Shown: positions 1-15,569 of the stretch, one piece after another | Numbering within the stretch: position 1 is the first letter of the stretch | Layout: every line of letters begins with the position of its first letter | Assembly: GCF_009914755.1 (NCBI RefSeq) | Contig: NC_060930.1 | Origin: the human T2T-CHM13v2.0 reference genome, Homo sapiens | Length of the DNA: 64,000 bases | Reading direction: 5' to 3' (one strand) | Notes under the pieces: generated by a model | Told to the model about the DNA's origin: nothing | Databases searched by the model: none | The model's input: the letters and a program-made list of their open reading frames with translations, nothing else | Position numbers and translations under genes: made by a program

Positions 1-722
1 GGGCTGCGAAGCTGCATTAGCTGTAGTTTGTCTCCTGTGAAGTCTCAGCTCTGCAGTGAGGCTCAGGCAGCCCAATGACGAAAGGCCTTTGGCGAGCCTT
101 GCTGATAAAATGAGCAGGGATATTCACAGAGGTGCCCCCTCACTGTCTGCCAAAACACTGAAGGATTACTCAGCATGCTTGGTGTCAGTTCAGTGTACTT
201 ATTTCCACCTAATTATTTAAAAATAACCATGTATGATATAATTTGGATGGTGCTCAAACCTATAGCCTGAGGGGAACCAAATTTGAGAGCCCCAGCATGT
301 TTTCCCAGCAATTCTGCTACTGCAGCCTCTCTCCCAGGCCTTCTTCCTCCCACTGAAAGACAACAAGATCCTTCCTGTCCCGTTTCCTCATTTGGCCAAG
401 GGGTTGGTGTGGGCCACTTTGGTTCCAAAGATCTTGAGAGACCCTCCCATAAAATTTTGGTGTCTTAACTGGATTGTGACAAATTGTTGAGAACCAAGAG
501 TACATATGGTAACTGGAATATGAGATGAACTAGAAAGTCTCATGTACTGACTTGAATTGAGCACTAGTCACTCTGTTTTCTGGACATGTCAATTAATTAG
601 GTAGAAAGCTGAAATCCCTGCTAAAAAGTGTGCTCTCTCTTCTGCTGCAGTATTGACATCTGTATTTCAGAAGAATGTTTTAAATGGGCATTTTTCTTGC
701 GGGGGGGTTGGGCATTCTTTAG

Positions 723-848
723 GACAAACCTCTGGAATTTTTGTCGTATTTTCTGCTGAAGAAATGTGGCAAAAAGATCAAAGATGTTGAAGGAAATGTT
801 ATTCCAACAAAATGTGACCCAAAGACAACATTCAGTTTATTCATGAAG
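723..848 (+). CDS. ECT2L: Candidate in-frame ECT2L cassette exon, DKPLEFLSYFLLKKCGKKIKDVEGNVIPTKCDPKTTFSLFMK
   Basis: ctttag acceptor (AG 721-722), AAG|gtaaag donor (GT 849-850), 126 nt open, phase 0/0 matching the next exon. Not in the human ECT2L sequence as I recall it. Confidence 0.6.
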
Positions 849-1263
849 GTAAAGTTGCTGCTGAATTTTTATGCCATTGCTTTTCTGTAGAGTTAGGCAC
901 ATGTGATAAAGAAATTCATAAATCATTATATGAGCTCTACTGGGAAGCTTTAACTTGTCATTTCTCCAAAGAATTTTATTTTCATGAAGTATTACTAAAA
1001 TAGGGTGTTTTGTAGTTTCATAATATGAGTAACATTTAAGCCGCTTAAAAGCATAAACTGCAACATGTTAACTTGAGTAACACTATTTGGTTGTGGGGAG
1101 AAAGGTAGAAATTTGCATTTTGCTTTGACATTTATGCAATTGAGCCCTGAGAGAACTTAAGGGGAATTTTTTTTTGAGGGAGGTGAAACTAAGAATAGTT
1201 CTTTTTTTTTCTTAGTTGAGATTCAAATTCATTAAAGAAAAAAATGGGTTTAAAGCGAGTTCT

Positions 1264-1600
1264 GGCTGGGCGCGGTGGCTCACGCTTGCAATCCCAGCAC
1301 TTTGGGAGGCCCAGGCGGGCAGATCATTTGAGGTCAGGAGTTTGAGACCAGCCTGGCCAACATGGTGAAACCCCGTCTCTACTAAAAATACAAAAATTAG
1401 CTGGGCATCGTGGCATGCCTATAATCCCAGCTACTCAGGAGGCTGAGGCAGGAGAATCACTTGAACCCAGGGGGGTTCAGTGAGCCAAGGTTTGCTTGAA
1501 CCCGGGGAGGTTCAGTGAGCAGAGGTTGCAGTGAGCCAAGATCGCACCACTTTACTCCACCCTGGGTGACAGAGTGAGACTCTGTCGTAAATAAATAAAA
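1264..1600 (+). mobile_element. AluS with internal right-arm duplication
   Basis: GGCTGGGCGCGGTGGCTCAC start, A-rich linker, (TAAA)n tail. Confidence 0.95.
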
Positions 1601-2060
1601 CTAGTTCATCAGGCCAAAAAGAATAATTTTGCCAGTACTATATTAGGAATCCAAGCATTCTTGTTTACATGAAATAACCAGGATTCAAGAAATGCTGAGA
1701 ATTACATTGTCGTTCACATAACTGATTTCTATGTAGGGGAAAATACTGTTTTAGAACCATTTTATGTCCATAGAAAAGTCACCTGTCTTTGATGTTTGAA
1801 GGCGTAGGATGGCAGTCCCTAACACAATCTCACCATGGAGGGCTGCTAGGAGTAAGAGACTTGTGAGCACCTCTAGCAGGCAAATCATTTGTTGCCCTAT
1901 TAACCTGATATTCTGGAAGTATTTGTTAATGCTTCTTTAAAGGACAGTGCAGGGCAGGGCAGGAGCAGACATAGAGAACTGCTGGAGGCAGCATTCCCTC
2001 TGCCTGCTGCCCCAAATGAACTCAGCAGCACACGGCCTGCCGTCATTAAGACCCATCCTT

Positions 2061-2385
2061 GGCCAGGCGCAGTGGCTCACGTCTGTAATCCCAGCCCTTT
2101 GGGAGGCAGAGGTGGGTGGATCACTTGAGGCCAGGAATTTGAGACCAGCCTGGCCAACATGGTGAGACCCCGTCTCTACTAAAAATACTAAAATTAGCCA
2201 GGCATGGTGGGGCACACCTGTAGTTCCAGCTACTTGGGAGGCTGAGGCAGGAGAATCGCTGAACCAGGGAGGTAGAGGTTGTAGTGAGCCAAGATCGCGC
2301 CATTGCACTCCAGCCTGGGCCATAGAGTGAGACCCTATCTCAAAAACAAACAAACAAAAAAAAACAAAACAACAACAACAAAAAA
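2061..2385 (+). mobile_element. Alu (S-type)
   Basis: Full dimer, A-rich tail. Confidence 0.95.
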
Positions 2386-2500
2386 CCCTACCCTTCTGCT
2401 GTTACCATAGCACAACCCTTACTTTAATCCTCCCCTCCCCCACAAAGTGCCCAAGTGGCTTATTCTTCCCAAACACAAGCAACTCCCTGAGACAGGAGTC

Positions 2501-2675
2501 TTTATTTTATTTTTTAATTTTTTTTTTTGAGATGGGGCCTCGCTCTGTCACCCCATGCTGGGGTACAGTGGCACAATTATAGCTCACCATAGCCTTGAAC
2601 TCCTGGGCTGAAGCCATCCTCCTGTCTCAGCCTCCCAATGTGCTGGGATTACAGGCCTGAGCCACCACGCCTGGC
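2501..2675 (-). mobile_element. Alu monomer (FRAM-like)
   Basis: Poly-T followed by a single antisense Alu arm. Confidence 0.85.
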
Positions 2676-3904
2676 CATCCCAAGAGGAGTCTAAATGCCT
2701 TTCCAGGGATATCTAAGCCCTTTACAGGTTGAAGCCCTGCTTGCTGGCTGCCCTGCCCCCAAATCGGTATTTTCAGGAAACTTCTCAGGCAGAGGGCAAT
2801 TCCTCATCTTTTTAGTTCCATTCTCTAAATATTTGCAGGAGCTAACCAGCTAACCACATGCTAGACCTTCTGCTAAATCCTGGGACTAGACAGCAAAGTA
2901 AGACAGTTCCTGCCTTTGTGGAGGATGAGGCTGATACACAAATAGGTGGTGCAGCATGATTAGCGCCTGTTAACAGAACGCACGGGCTGGGATGGGAACC
3001 CCGGGGTGGGAACGCCAGATGGGCATTTAGTCCAGACTCCTCTTTCTGCTTCTCAGAGGCTGCTGCTTTCATCTCATTATGCCAGCCACCATCTCTTTGA
3101 AATTCTTGGAGATTATTCTCCCAAAAGGGTGGACATAGTCTCCATCCATCCTTTAGCCTATGAAAACCTGAAAAACAGCACCCAGGCCTCTAATACCACT
3201 CATTTTCCCTTGGTTCACTAAAGGGAATGATCAACATATAACCACATTACACAGGTTCCAAATTCTTCCAAAGTCCTTTCAACATCTGCTGATTCCTGAC
3301 TCCCTGGAATCCTTATTGGATTCTTTCACCCACCTTTATTCCTAAGGGTGAAGCTATTACCTCGAAACCCAGGCATACAGATCCCAGAAAACCCCCTCTT
3401 TGGAGCAAGAAAGCAATAAGGACCAAACTAAGGTGCTTCCTCCTCTGAAGTGCCACTCTCACATGTGAAAGACCTAACTCTTGGTGAGAACCATTTCTGG
3501 GCTCATTGAAACCTAAGGGAATGATCACTTGGAGCAGTTCCTCTGAGGCACTTTCTCCTCTAGTTCCTCTGCCAAATAAAATTCAAAATGAATGAAGTCT
3601 TTTCAACTGGCTATTGATCCGAACAGCTCATTATGTTCATAAAATAATGCATGAAATTTGGGCTGAAAGTTCCTCATTGCTGGAAATCAGGCCCTCTATT
3701 GCTACATTGTCTGCCTGTAATAAAACTGGAAAAATGCAAAACTCCTTAATGCCTGGAAATTTGATTAAAAAAAAATCGAATTAGAAAAAAATACATATTA
3801 GATTCTCATTTGATTCTCTACTATTTAACACTAAAGAGCTTGGGCACAAAGCCCACAGAACAAATGCGGAGACCTCTAGGAGGAAGAACCACAGCTAAAC
3901 GTCA

Positions 3905-4360
<456 letters not shown>

Positions 4361-4408
4361 ACCCTCCCAGAGAGGCTTGTGTAATACGGATTATCTGTCA
4401 AATCCAGG

Positions 4409-4410
<2 letters not shown>

Positions 4411-4450
<40 letters not shown>

Positions 4451-4510
4451 TGTGTGTGTGTGTGTCCATCCATGTATCCATCTATCCATCCACCTACCTA
4501 CCTACCTATC
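4411..4510. repeat. (TG)n microsatellite followed by TCCA/TACC tetramer repeats
   Basis: Direct reading. Confidence 0.95.
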
Positions 4511-5361
4511 ATCCTGCTGCCCAATCATTATTTGCTCCTGGTTTTTGTCTGCCTATAATGTTTACACTGATACCATGCAACCATGGTGATGGCTGCCCGC
4601 CAGAATTATAGTTGTTCCTGAACTCTACCTGTCATTTTCACAACTATTTCTGGCCCCTTATCCAGGCAGCTGAGTGTTTGCTGGCAGAAGCATCAGCAAT
4701 GACTAGAATGTCTCTGGAAAATAGTGTCTGCCCATGCTCCATCCTAGAGAAAAATTCCTAACATGTTCTTTGTGAGCTTTTTTTTAATGGTCTTCCTTAT
4801 ATGTCCCGCAGAGCCAAGGCAAAGACCCACCAACCCAGAATGATAGTTGTCTTATAAATGTGCAAAGTTTCTGCCATGTTACTTCCTCTGAATTCATCCA
4901 TAAAAACTAAGTAAAAGATAGCATCGGAATCTAAAATTAAGCTGTAAAAATTCTGGCAATTAAACATATAATATAAAATGAGTGAACTTGCCAATTTTAG
5001 GTTCAAACAAAATTACTATGCCAAATCAATGTCCTATCCACAAAGAAAAAATTATATTTAAAAAAGTAAGTTGCTGCTGAGCCGGAATGTGAAACAAAGC
5101 CCAACTGTAAGCGAGCAGGTTCTAAAATAGCCAAGGTGGTCTGGGGGGGTCCATGATGACACCTGAATTTTAATGCATAAATTTTCATGTGAGCCTGTAC
5201 AGTCAGGTGATCTCCCAGAGAAAGATGGCTCCCTTATCTGTGAGATCCACAATACAATTGTGTGCTGTTTGGGTTATCTTAATCTTGGCCCAACCTGAGA
5301 GTTTTGTTTTTGTTTTTTGAGACAGTCTCACTCCATCATCCACGCTGGAGTGCAAGATACT

Positions 5362-5654
5362 GGCTGGGCACAGTGGCTCACACCTGTAATCCCATCACTT
5401 TGGGATCCCAAGGCAGGAGGAACACTTGAATTTGAGACCAGCCTGGGCAACATAGTGAGACCTTGTCTCTAAAAAAAAATGAACAAAATTAGCCAGGCAT
5501 GGTGGCACATGCCTGTAGTCCCAGCTACTTGGGAGGTTGAGGTGGGAGATCAATTGAGCTTGGGAGGTCGAGGCTGCAGTGAGCAAATATTGCACCACTG
5601 CACTCCAGCATGGGTGAAAGAGTGAGACCCTGTCTCAAAACAAAACAAAAACAA
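5362..5654 (+). mobile_element. Alu (J-type), preceded by an antisense Alu 3' fragment at 5301-5354
   Basis: Alu consensus match. Confidence 0.9.
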
Positions 5655-6388
5655 GTAGATCTCCTCCCTGGCTCCAAGCCATAAGTATGGATACATGCCA
5701 GGCTGGTATGAGACAGCCACAAGTGCAGAGGACAAAAGAAATCATTAGAAGACTCCCTGGAGCAGACAGGAAGCACTCAGGCTCAGGTGGGACCTCCTGC
5801 CATCTGGGACTGAGCTAGCTGGCTGCAGGTTTGCAGACCAGGGTTCTTCTGCAGAGGCTCAGGCTGCCAGAGCAATGTGGCATCTCCAAAATAAAAATTC
5901 GCTTTTGCCTCAGTAGAGTAAGGTAAAAGGAGCCTTAGTTACAAATTGAAGTTATTCTTCCAGCCTCATCCCTGGACATCCAAGGGTTGCCATTGGTAGT
6001 TTTGTCTTTGATGAGGAAGGCAGCAATAACGACCATTGACCATCATCATCCCTCAACATAAACACAGGACCACTGCTGTGTTGCTAGGGTAGACCCTGGG
6101 GTGCTGCAGGCAGCAGGGGTGGGGGTGGAGGGCTTTAAAAAAATGTGCTAAGTTTGAGAGAGGCCACAGCAAGAATAGTTAACAAGGTAAAGTGAAGAAA
6201 GAATAAGCCTTATTTAAATGTGCAGGTCTAGAAAGGTTATGTGAACTGTTTATGACACATTTTCACTTGGTGGTGAAAAAAGGAGTGAGTTTTGTGAGCT
6301 TTTCCTTCTGGATCTTAAAAATAAAAATAACCTATTTGCCCTCAACTGAGAAGGAACAGAGCAGAGCTGAGGCAAAAACCTGTTACCT

Positions 6389-6696
<308 letters not shown>

Positions 6697-7021
6697 TTAC
6701 CCAGGAATGTGTGTGAGTCTTTAAGCCTGGGAGGAGCCCCAGCCCAGCATCACTTCCCTGGCTCCCAAGGAAGAGGGAGCTACGCTGGATTTAGTTCTCA
6801 AGTATTATGTAGTTCAAAAGAAGCAAAGGCTATTTTTAAAAAACATAAAATTGAATGTAAGAGTGGCATCCCATTTGCAAGCACTTAACTCATTGTGTGT
6901 AGGGAACACTGTGGTTGGGGCTGAAGGCAGAGGCTTCTGAGGGCCTCCTGCGGGCACAGTACTGAGTTTTCAGAGATGTCAAGACCTGCCTCCAATAACC
7001 AAGTTTCCATTCAATCTTCAG

Positions 7022-7108
7022 GAAAGAAATGTTGTAGAAGACAATTCTTGGGACACAAAGTCCAGGCTCAGCAAAAATGATTTAAATTTTGAAGCACTGA
7101 TTAATCTG
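7022..7108 (+). CDS. ECT2L: ECT2L exon, [29 protein letters not shown]
   Basis: tcttcag acceptor, CTG|gtaagc donor, 87 nt, phase 0/0. Confidence 0.93.
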
Positions 7109-8210
7109 GTAAGCTATTATATAATGTAACTTTACCATTGGTTTTGCTCCTGATAGTGAAATTTCAGCCTTTATTCTGGTTAGTTCTTCATTTTCCTTGA
7201 AAATTTCCCTTTGGGGGATTAAAAAAAAAAACCTCAAAAATTATTAGAGAGAATTCAGCTGGCAGACTTTTTTTTCAAATAAGCCCCAGACTGAAAAGAA
7301 GTTGAGCCAGAAGGATAGCAGTGTAACATCTTGGAGCAAAACCAATCTGTATGTTACTCCCTGACTTTCCTTTATGGTACTAGGATGTCTTTTAAAGAAA
7401 TGGCACATGGACAAAGGCTCACAGTTTCTAATTAATCTACCAACTTACAGTCTGACTTCAAAAGTTGAATCTAATGAACACAATGTCTAGGGCTCCGTCT
7501 TTCTGTGTCAAGGGTAAAGTGTGGAGGAAGCTGCAGCCTCAGCAGGGGCCGGTCTCGTCCTGTGTAACCCACGGCATGGGCACACTGTTTTGTTTTCTTC
7601 AACACACAAACACACTTATTATCACCTTTCATTCTCAGAATCCTATAAAGGACACATCCCTAGCCACATTTTATAGATAAAGAACTAGAGTTAAGAAAAG
7701 TTACATGGGGGAAAAAAGTCAAATGACTTCCCTAAGGCCAGACAATTGGGCAAGAAAAATCTTAAGTCCTGCAGCCCTGAGCTCAGACCTGGGGCTCTTT
7801 CCCAGCCCCAGACACCCTGGCTGCAGACAGTGCAGGCCGTGGAGCCCCAGGACATGGATGCCCACTTGCCCCAAACCCATCCCTAGGAACACCCAGGAGG
7901 AGCATGTTCCATAGAGCAGTGGATATGAGGGTATCTCATCTGACTATTAGTAATAATACCTCATAGTGGTTTCAAGATAACAACACAAGGTTTGACAATG
8001 AAAACCTTAGTTCAAAATGATTATAAATGTTGGATAACTCCAATATGTAAAAATATATACATACAGAAATACACATATAATATTAAAAAAATAATATGGA
8101 CTGTAAGCCAACTGCCAAGTAGGATGCAGATGTATTTTTTACCTTATTAGATATGTCTAAATAGGTATTCTAGACAGACCATGTGTTTGGAAAATAAACA
8201 AGAAGAGTTT

Positions 8211-8487
8211 GGCAGCTCATGTTTGTAATCCCAGCACTTTCGGAGGCCAAGGCAGGTGCATCGCTTAAGCAGAGGAGTTTGAGACCAGCCTGGGCAACAT
8301 AGAAAAACCCTGTCTCTACAAAAAAATTACAAAAATTAGCCTGTTGTGGTGGCTACTCTGGTGGCTGAGGCAGGAGGATTGCTTGAGCCCGGGAGGTCGA
8401 GGCTGCAGTGAGCCATGAGTGCACTACTGCACTTCAGCCTGGGTGACAGAGGGAGACCCTGTCTCAAAATAAAAAATGTAAAAAAAG
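8211..8487 (+). mobile_element. Alu (J-type) with internal deletion
   Basis: Alu consensus match. Confidence 0.9.
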
Positions 8488-8616
8488 AAGAGTGTGTTTA
8501 TAATATTTCAAATACAGTGAGTTCTCTCATTTTTCTCTTAAGTTTTTTTACATTATAATTCCAGTTAATGAAATTATGGTTAACTCATCTTGGTGAAGAT
8601 CACATAGCATTACACA

Positions 8617-9920
<1,304 letters not shown>

Positions 9921-10219
9921 ATTGTCATATTTTATTGGGGGCAGTGTGGGGTATACTTAGGGCTGGAGGGAAAATAATAATTCTAGGCTAAAATTGAAGG
10001 ACATTATGTTTTTGAAATTTAGATATTATAAATTTTCTGGTATAAAGATGCTCATTTTATAGCTTTTGAAATATGCAAATAAAAGAAAAAAATTATCTAG
10101 TACCAGCAATAAAAATTAATTTCTCTCTCCATATAAACATAGCACACACAACATCAGGGTATGGAATTTCTTTAGGCCAGTGTATGATTTTCACCTCTGC
10201 ATTAAAAAATAAAACAAGA

Positions 10220-10598
<379 letters not shown>

Positions 10599-10716
10599 TC
10601 ATAGCTCCAAGTCTATCCTTCATACTGAAGTTAGATCCTTAATACTGAAAGAAGAGCATATGCTTCAGATTTTTCATATGTCAGCTGGGGAAGCAAATTA
10701 GTTAATAATGAAAAGG

Positions 10717-11031
10717 TGTCTTCACCTGTTCATGCTGCTGCAGTAGAATACCTGAGACTGGGTAATTTGCAAAGAACAGAAATTCTTTATGGAGGCTGGG
10801 AAGTCTAAGATCAAGATGCTAACATCTGTCAAGGGCCTTCTCTTGGAGTGCTCACATGGTGGAAGGCAAGAGAGGACCAACTCCCTCTGCCAAGCCCCTT
10901 TCTAAGGGCACCTGATCCCATTCATGAAGGAGGAGTCCTCATGACCCAGCCATGTTTTCATGACTCCACTTCTTAATACTGTCACATTGGCTACACCTGA
11001 ATTTTGGAGGGGACACATTCAAACTGTAGCA
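10717..11031 (-). mobile_element. MaLR solo LTR (MST/MLT1-like)
   Basis: gaatacctgagactgggtaattt...ggggacacattcaaactgtagca typical of MaLR LTRs. Confidence 0.8.
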
Positions 11032-11504
11032 GAGGGCTAGCTCATTTCAGTTCTTCTGTTTGCAAGATAATCAATAAAACACTACTTGGAAAAAGAAATA
11101 GGAAAACAAACAAGAGTAGACAAGCCAAAGTCTTCCTCACTAGACTGTAACCTCCATGAAGACAGGACTCTGTCCTGTTCTCATCATTACATGGCCAGCA
11201 CCAGCATAAGACACCTAATATGGATTTGGATGGACAGATGGATAAAAATAAGTTTCAAACTGCCTTCCTTTAGATCCAAGATTAAAAGTCCCTTCTCTAC
11301 TTGGCCATCAGGCTGGCCCCATATGAGGGGCTCTTTGATGATACTAGGGACAAGTGATGGACAGCGGGGTCCTCCGTAGCCCCCGTGAAGTCCCCTTCAA
11401 CCTGAACAGCACAAACCAGCAAGGCGGGTCTCCGTGTAGCTGCCTGACTGCTCAGCACTTCTACTTCTCCATCACTGACTTGAGTTCTTAACACTTCTCT
11501 ACAG

Positions 11505-11719
11505 GAGAGAATACTCCAGAAGGACTCAGCAGAAAAGCGAGCTAGAGTTGTCAGAGAACTCTTACAGAGTGAGAGAAAATACGTGCAGATACTGGAAATT
11601 GTGAGAGATGTTTATGTCGCACCACTGAAAGCAGCATTGTCATCAAACAGAGCGATTCTGAGTGCTGCCAATATCCAGATCATTTTCTGTGACATTCTAC
11701 AGATTTTAAGTCTCAACAG
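11505..11719 (+). CDS. ECT2L: ECT2L exon, start of DH domain ([31 protein letters not shown]...LQILSLNR)
   Basis: ctctacag acceptor, CAG|gtaaac donor, 215 nt, phase 0/2; DH CR1-like [10 protein letters not shown]. Confidence 0.96.
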
Positions 11720-11967
11720 GTAAACCCTGAATATGTATTTTTTTTAATATTCATTGTGCACTGAGAAGAGCCCATGCTTTATTGTTTCAAAAGCAGTATG
11801 GAGGTGCAATGATGCTCTGACCCTCTTAGGGACCCTGATTATAGCAGCGAGATCCTCATCACATTACCTACCGGGCTGCAACCAGTAGTGATTCCCAAGG
11901 ACACCCCTTCCCCCGTTCATAGCCATGGTGCAAGGAGTGGTGTTCAGGACCTAGGCATTTTGTAACC

Positions 11968-12482
11968 CAGTGATCCCCAACCTTTTTGGCACCAGGAACC
12001 AGTTTCATGGAAGACAATATTTACACAGAGCAGGGGTGGGGGGAATGGTTTCAGGATGATTCAAGTGCATTACAGTTATTGTGCACTTTATTTCTATTAT
12101 ATTATAATATATAATAAAATAATTATACAACTCACCATAATGTAAACCAGTGGGAGCCCTGAGCTTGTTTTCCTGCAACTAGATGGTCCCGTCTTGGGAT
12201 GATGGGAGACAGGGACAGATCATCAGGCATTAGATTCTCATAAGGAGCATGCAACCTAGATCCTTCAAATGTGCAGTTCACCATAGTGTTTGCACTCCTA
12301 TGAGAATCTAATGCCACTGCTGATCTGGAGCTCAGGTAGTAATGCAAGCAACAGGGAGCGGTTGTAAATATCAGTGAAGCTTCACTCACTCAACCCCCAC
12401 TCACCTCCTGCTATGCAGCCTGGTTCCTAACAGGCCACAGACTGGTACCTATCCATGGCCTGGGGGTTGGGAACCCTTGCTG
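11968..12482. mobile_element. MER1A-like hAT DNA transposon
   Basis: ccccaacctttttggcaccagg...ggggttgggaaccc termini, about 515 bp. Confidence 0.85.
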
Positions 12483-13271
12483 TAACCAATAGACTGTCCA
12501 TGCAAAAGCTAGCAGGAAGGAGGAGAGTCATACGCTCCTTCCTAATCAGCAATGTTCAGTTAAGCAATGGGAAAAAACCAGAAGGATTTAATGGGATTAA
12601 GCCACCAGGACACTTAGCTTAGAAAGCCCAAGGCTGAGGGTCAGTTTAATAACAACATATTTTCAAGTGCATAACATGAGAGAGAAAAGTGATCATTTCT
12701 GCCTGTGGTAAAAGGAGGCAACCTGAGTATGTCCTTCCCTGAAGGTAACTCTCTAGGTAACTTGGAACAAGTTCTTTCCTGTCAGTGGGCCCCAGCTCCT
12801 ACAGTGAAGAGGTTGAACTGGGCCTCTTTCACTGTTCAAAGCCTCTGATGGATGAATGAGGGATTTTCTTAGAGCTCTGGGGAACTGAGCTAAGCAGAGG
12901 CTATGGCATTCAGCTGTTGAAGACAGTGGAGCACTCTCCTCTACAAACTGTAAGAACTTTCACCCATCTGCCTATCTGGAGGCAAGAGACTAGGACATTA
13001 GGCAGCAGCTGTATTGTGGCCATTGTGTGGTTCCTTCACCTCAAGGAACTGAGGTGAAGAGGTGGGATTCCACCCCGGCCAACCTACTCCTTCACGTCCC
13101 AGTTCCCTTTCCTGTCAAATCTCCACTTCTCTGTGTTAGGAAGAAATGACTTGACCAAAACCCTACCGTAAAGGACTAGGGTGAAAATGCCCATGCTGAT
13201 GACAATGGATATTTGGGTTTGTAAGTTATCACAAGTGAATATTTCATGCTTATGCTCTTCTCATACCACAG

Positions 13272-13419
13272 GCAGTTTCTAGATAACCTGAGAGACAGAC
13301 TGCAGGAATGGGGCCCAGCTCACTGTGTGGGAGAAATAGTCACGAAGTTTGGAAGCCAGTTAAACACATATACCAATTTCTTCAACAATTACCCTGTCAT
13401 TCTGAAAACTATTGAGAAG
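13272..13419 (+). CDS. ECT2L: ECT2L DH exon ([26 protein letters not shown]...ILKTIEK)
   Basis: ccacag acceptor, AAG|gtaaat donor, 148 nt, phase 2/0. Confidence 0.96.
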
Positions 13420-14414
13420 GTAAATGAGTTTCAATTCCATCATTCTATAAGACCTGAGCTAGAAAGGAAGTTACGTGTGGAACCCGAAAGACCAGCGTTA
13501 ATAAGAAAGGCTTCTCTGCTCTTAGCTCCCAGCTGTCTTCCCATACTGTGTGATCTCTGAGGACAGGAACCCTGACTTAGGGGCTAGCACAATATTTGAC
13601 ACCCAGCATTGCCAGGAACTGGTTCTTAAACTGAACTCATCCTCATGCAAATGGCCAGGCTTTCACCTGCCCCAGATACCCTCAGCTTACAGGAAAATGC
13701 TCCACAGTTGAGCTTGGAATCCACTCTGCTACTACAATCCTGTGTATCCTTGACAAGTTCACTCTCTCATGTAGAAAATAAATTAATCATCCACATCTTT
13801 CTTGGAAGAACAATCAATTTATGAAATGTCACTATCAAGTAAGGAATGTCTTGGTCTTACATTTCCTAGAGAGTAAATTATTAACAGTTTTCCCTGTTGC
13901 AATTTCTGGCATTATTTAATCTGAGCAGGAATATCCAATTCCCTCATGTACCACTTGCTGCTCTTGTGGGGATACCTTCTTATGGGAATAACATCCCTCT
14001 TTCTTCCCTCCTCAATTGGTATCGAAAGCCTAGAAAAGGCTACCTTGTCACATGGCAGCACACTTCTGCCAGAGTCCACTGTGACCACTCGTCTTCACTG
14101 AGGCCCTGCAGGAAAGGCCTGTGGGCTGGGAGGCCTCTGGAGGGCTCCGGCCCTTGGACAGCTTCCTTTGTAGTATTCCTTCTACCCCACCCAGGGAGTC
14201 TAGTCCCTGCTGGACAACTTGATGATTCAAAAGTTACATAAATAAGGTAGTTTCATAGAACCGACCTTGGAGACAAGGATTGGAGCAAAGTATCACATGG
14301 TATCAGGAACACACTGGTGCCTAAATTTTTTTAGCTATAGATAATGATGCCTAGTTCACTAGCCCAGTGTGTGCACACAAGTAAGTACTTAGCTTAAATG
14401 TTAGTTATTTGGTT

Positions 14415-14712
14415 GTGGGGTTTGTTTTGAGACAGGGTCTCCCTCTGTCACCTAGGCTGGAGTGCAGTGGCATGATTACAGCTCACTGCAGCCTCGACTT
14501 CCCCAGGCTCAGGTGATCCTCCCACCTCAGCCTACCAAGTATCTAGGACTACAGGCATGTGCCACCACACCTGGCTAATTTTTTTGTATTTTTTGTAGAG
14601 ACGGAGTTTCACCATGTTGTCCAGGCTGGTCTTAAACTCCTGGGCTCAAGCAATCTGCCCAACTCTGTCTCCCAAAGTGCTGGGATTACAGGTGTGGGCC
14701 ACCATGCCAGCC
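14415..14712 (-). mobile_element. Alu (J-type)
   Basis: Antisense dimer. Confidence 0.93.
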
Positions 14713-14903
14713 AATGTTAGCTATTAATATGATTGAAATCCATGAATATTTCACTTGGTCTTAGCCGAAAGTCCAGTAATGAAATCAGTGAATATTTGAT
14801 TTCTGTAAGTTAGCATTGCTGACATCTTTCAGGCATGGAAAGGGAGGTAACTTTACGGGTGCTCTAATAGTGATAAATGAATACATTTTAAAACAGATAT
14901 TAA

Positions 14904-15208
<305 letters not shown>

Positions 15209-15379
15209 TATATTAAGTACAGTAGAATACCTGTATAATAAATATTACTATGGAAAACGTAATTAACAGAAGTATTAAAGGTGAATACCATTAATAGTCA
15301 AGATCTTACTATACTGAAATAACATTTACTGTGTGACAGCCACTTTATGGATAGGATTGTTTTTTTTCCACACCACAAC

Positions 15380-15510
15380 ATTAGAGATGATATCCATGTT
15401 ACAGATGAGAAAACTGAGGCTCAGAAAAGTTAAGTAATTTGACAAGGTTATATATTCGATTTATTCTAATTCAAATCCAGGCCCACCTGGTTGCAAAGTA
15501 CATTCTTATT
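15380..15510 (-). mobile_element. MIR
   Basis: acagatgagaaaactgaggctcagaaaagttaagtaattt core. Confidence 0.75.
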
Positions 15511-15569
15511 TGTCTATACTGATTAAGTTCAATGAATAGGGTCAGGTCTATGTATAATTAACACACATT

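Noticed and set aside
5153-5166. ATGATGA...CTGA resembling snoRNA C/D boxes
   Set aside because: Boxes are too close together and I found no terminal stem or guide.
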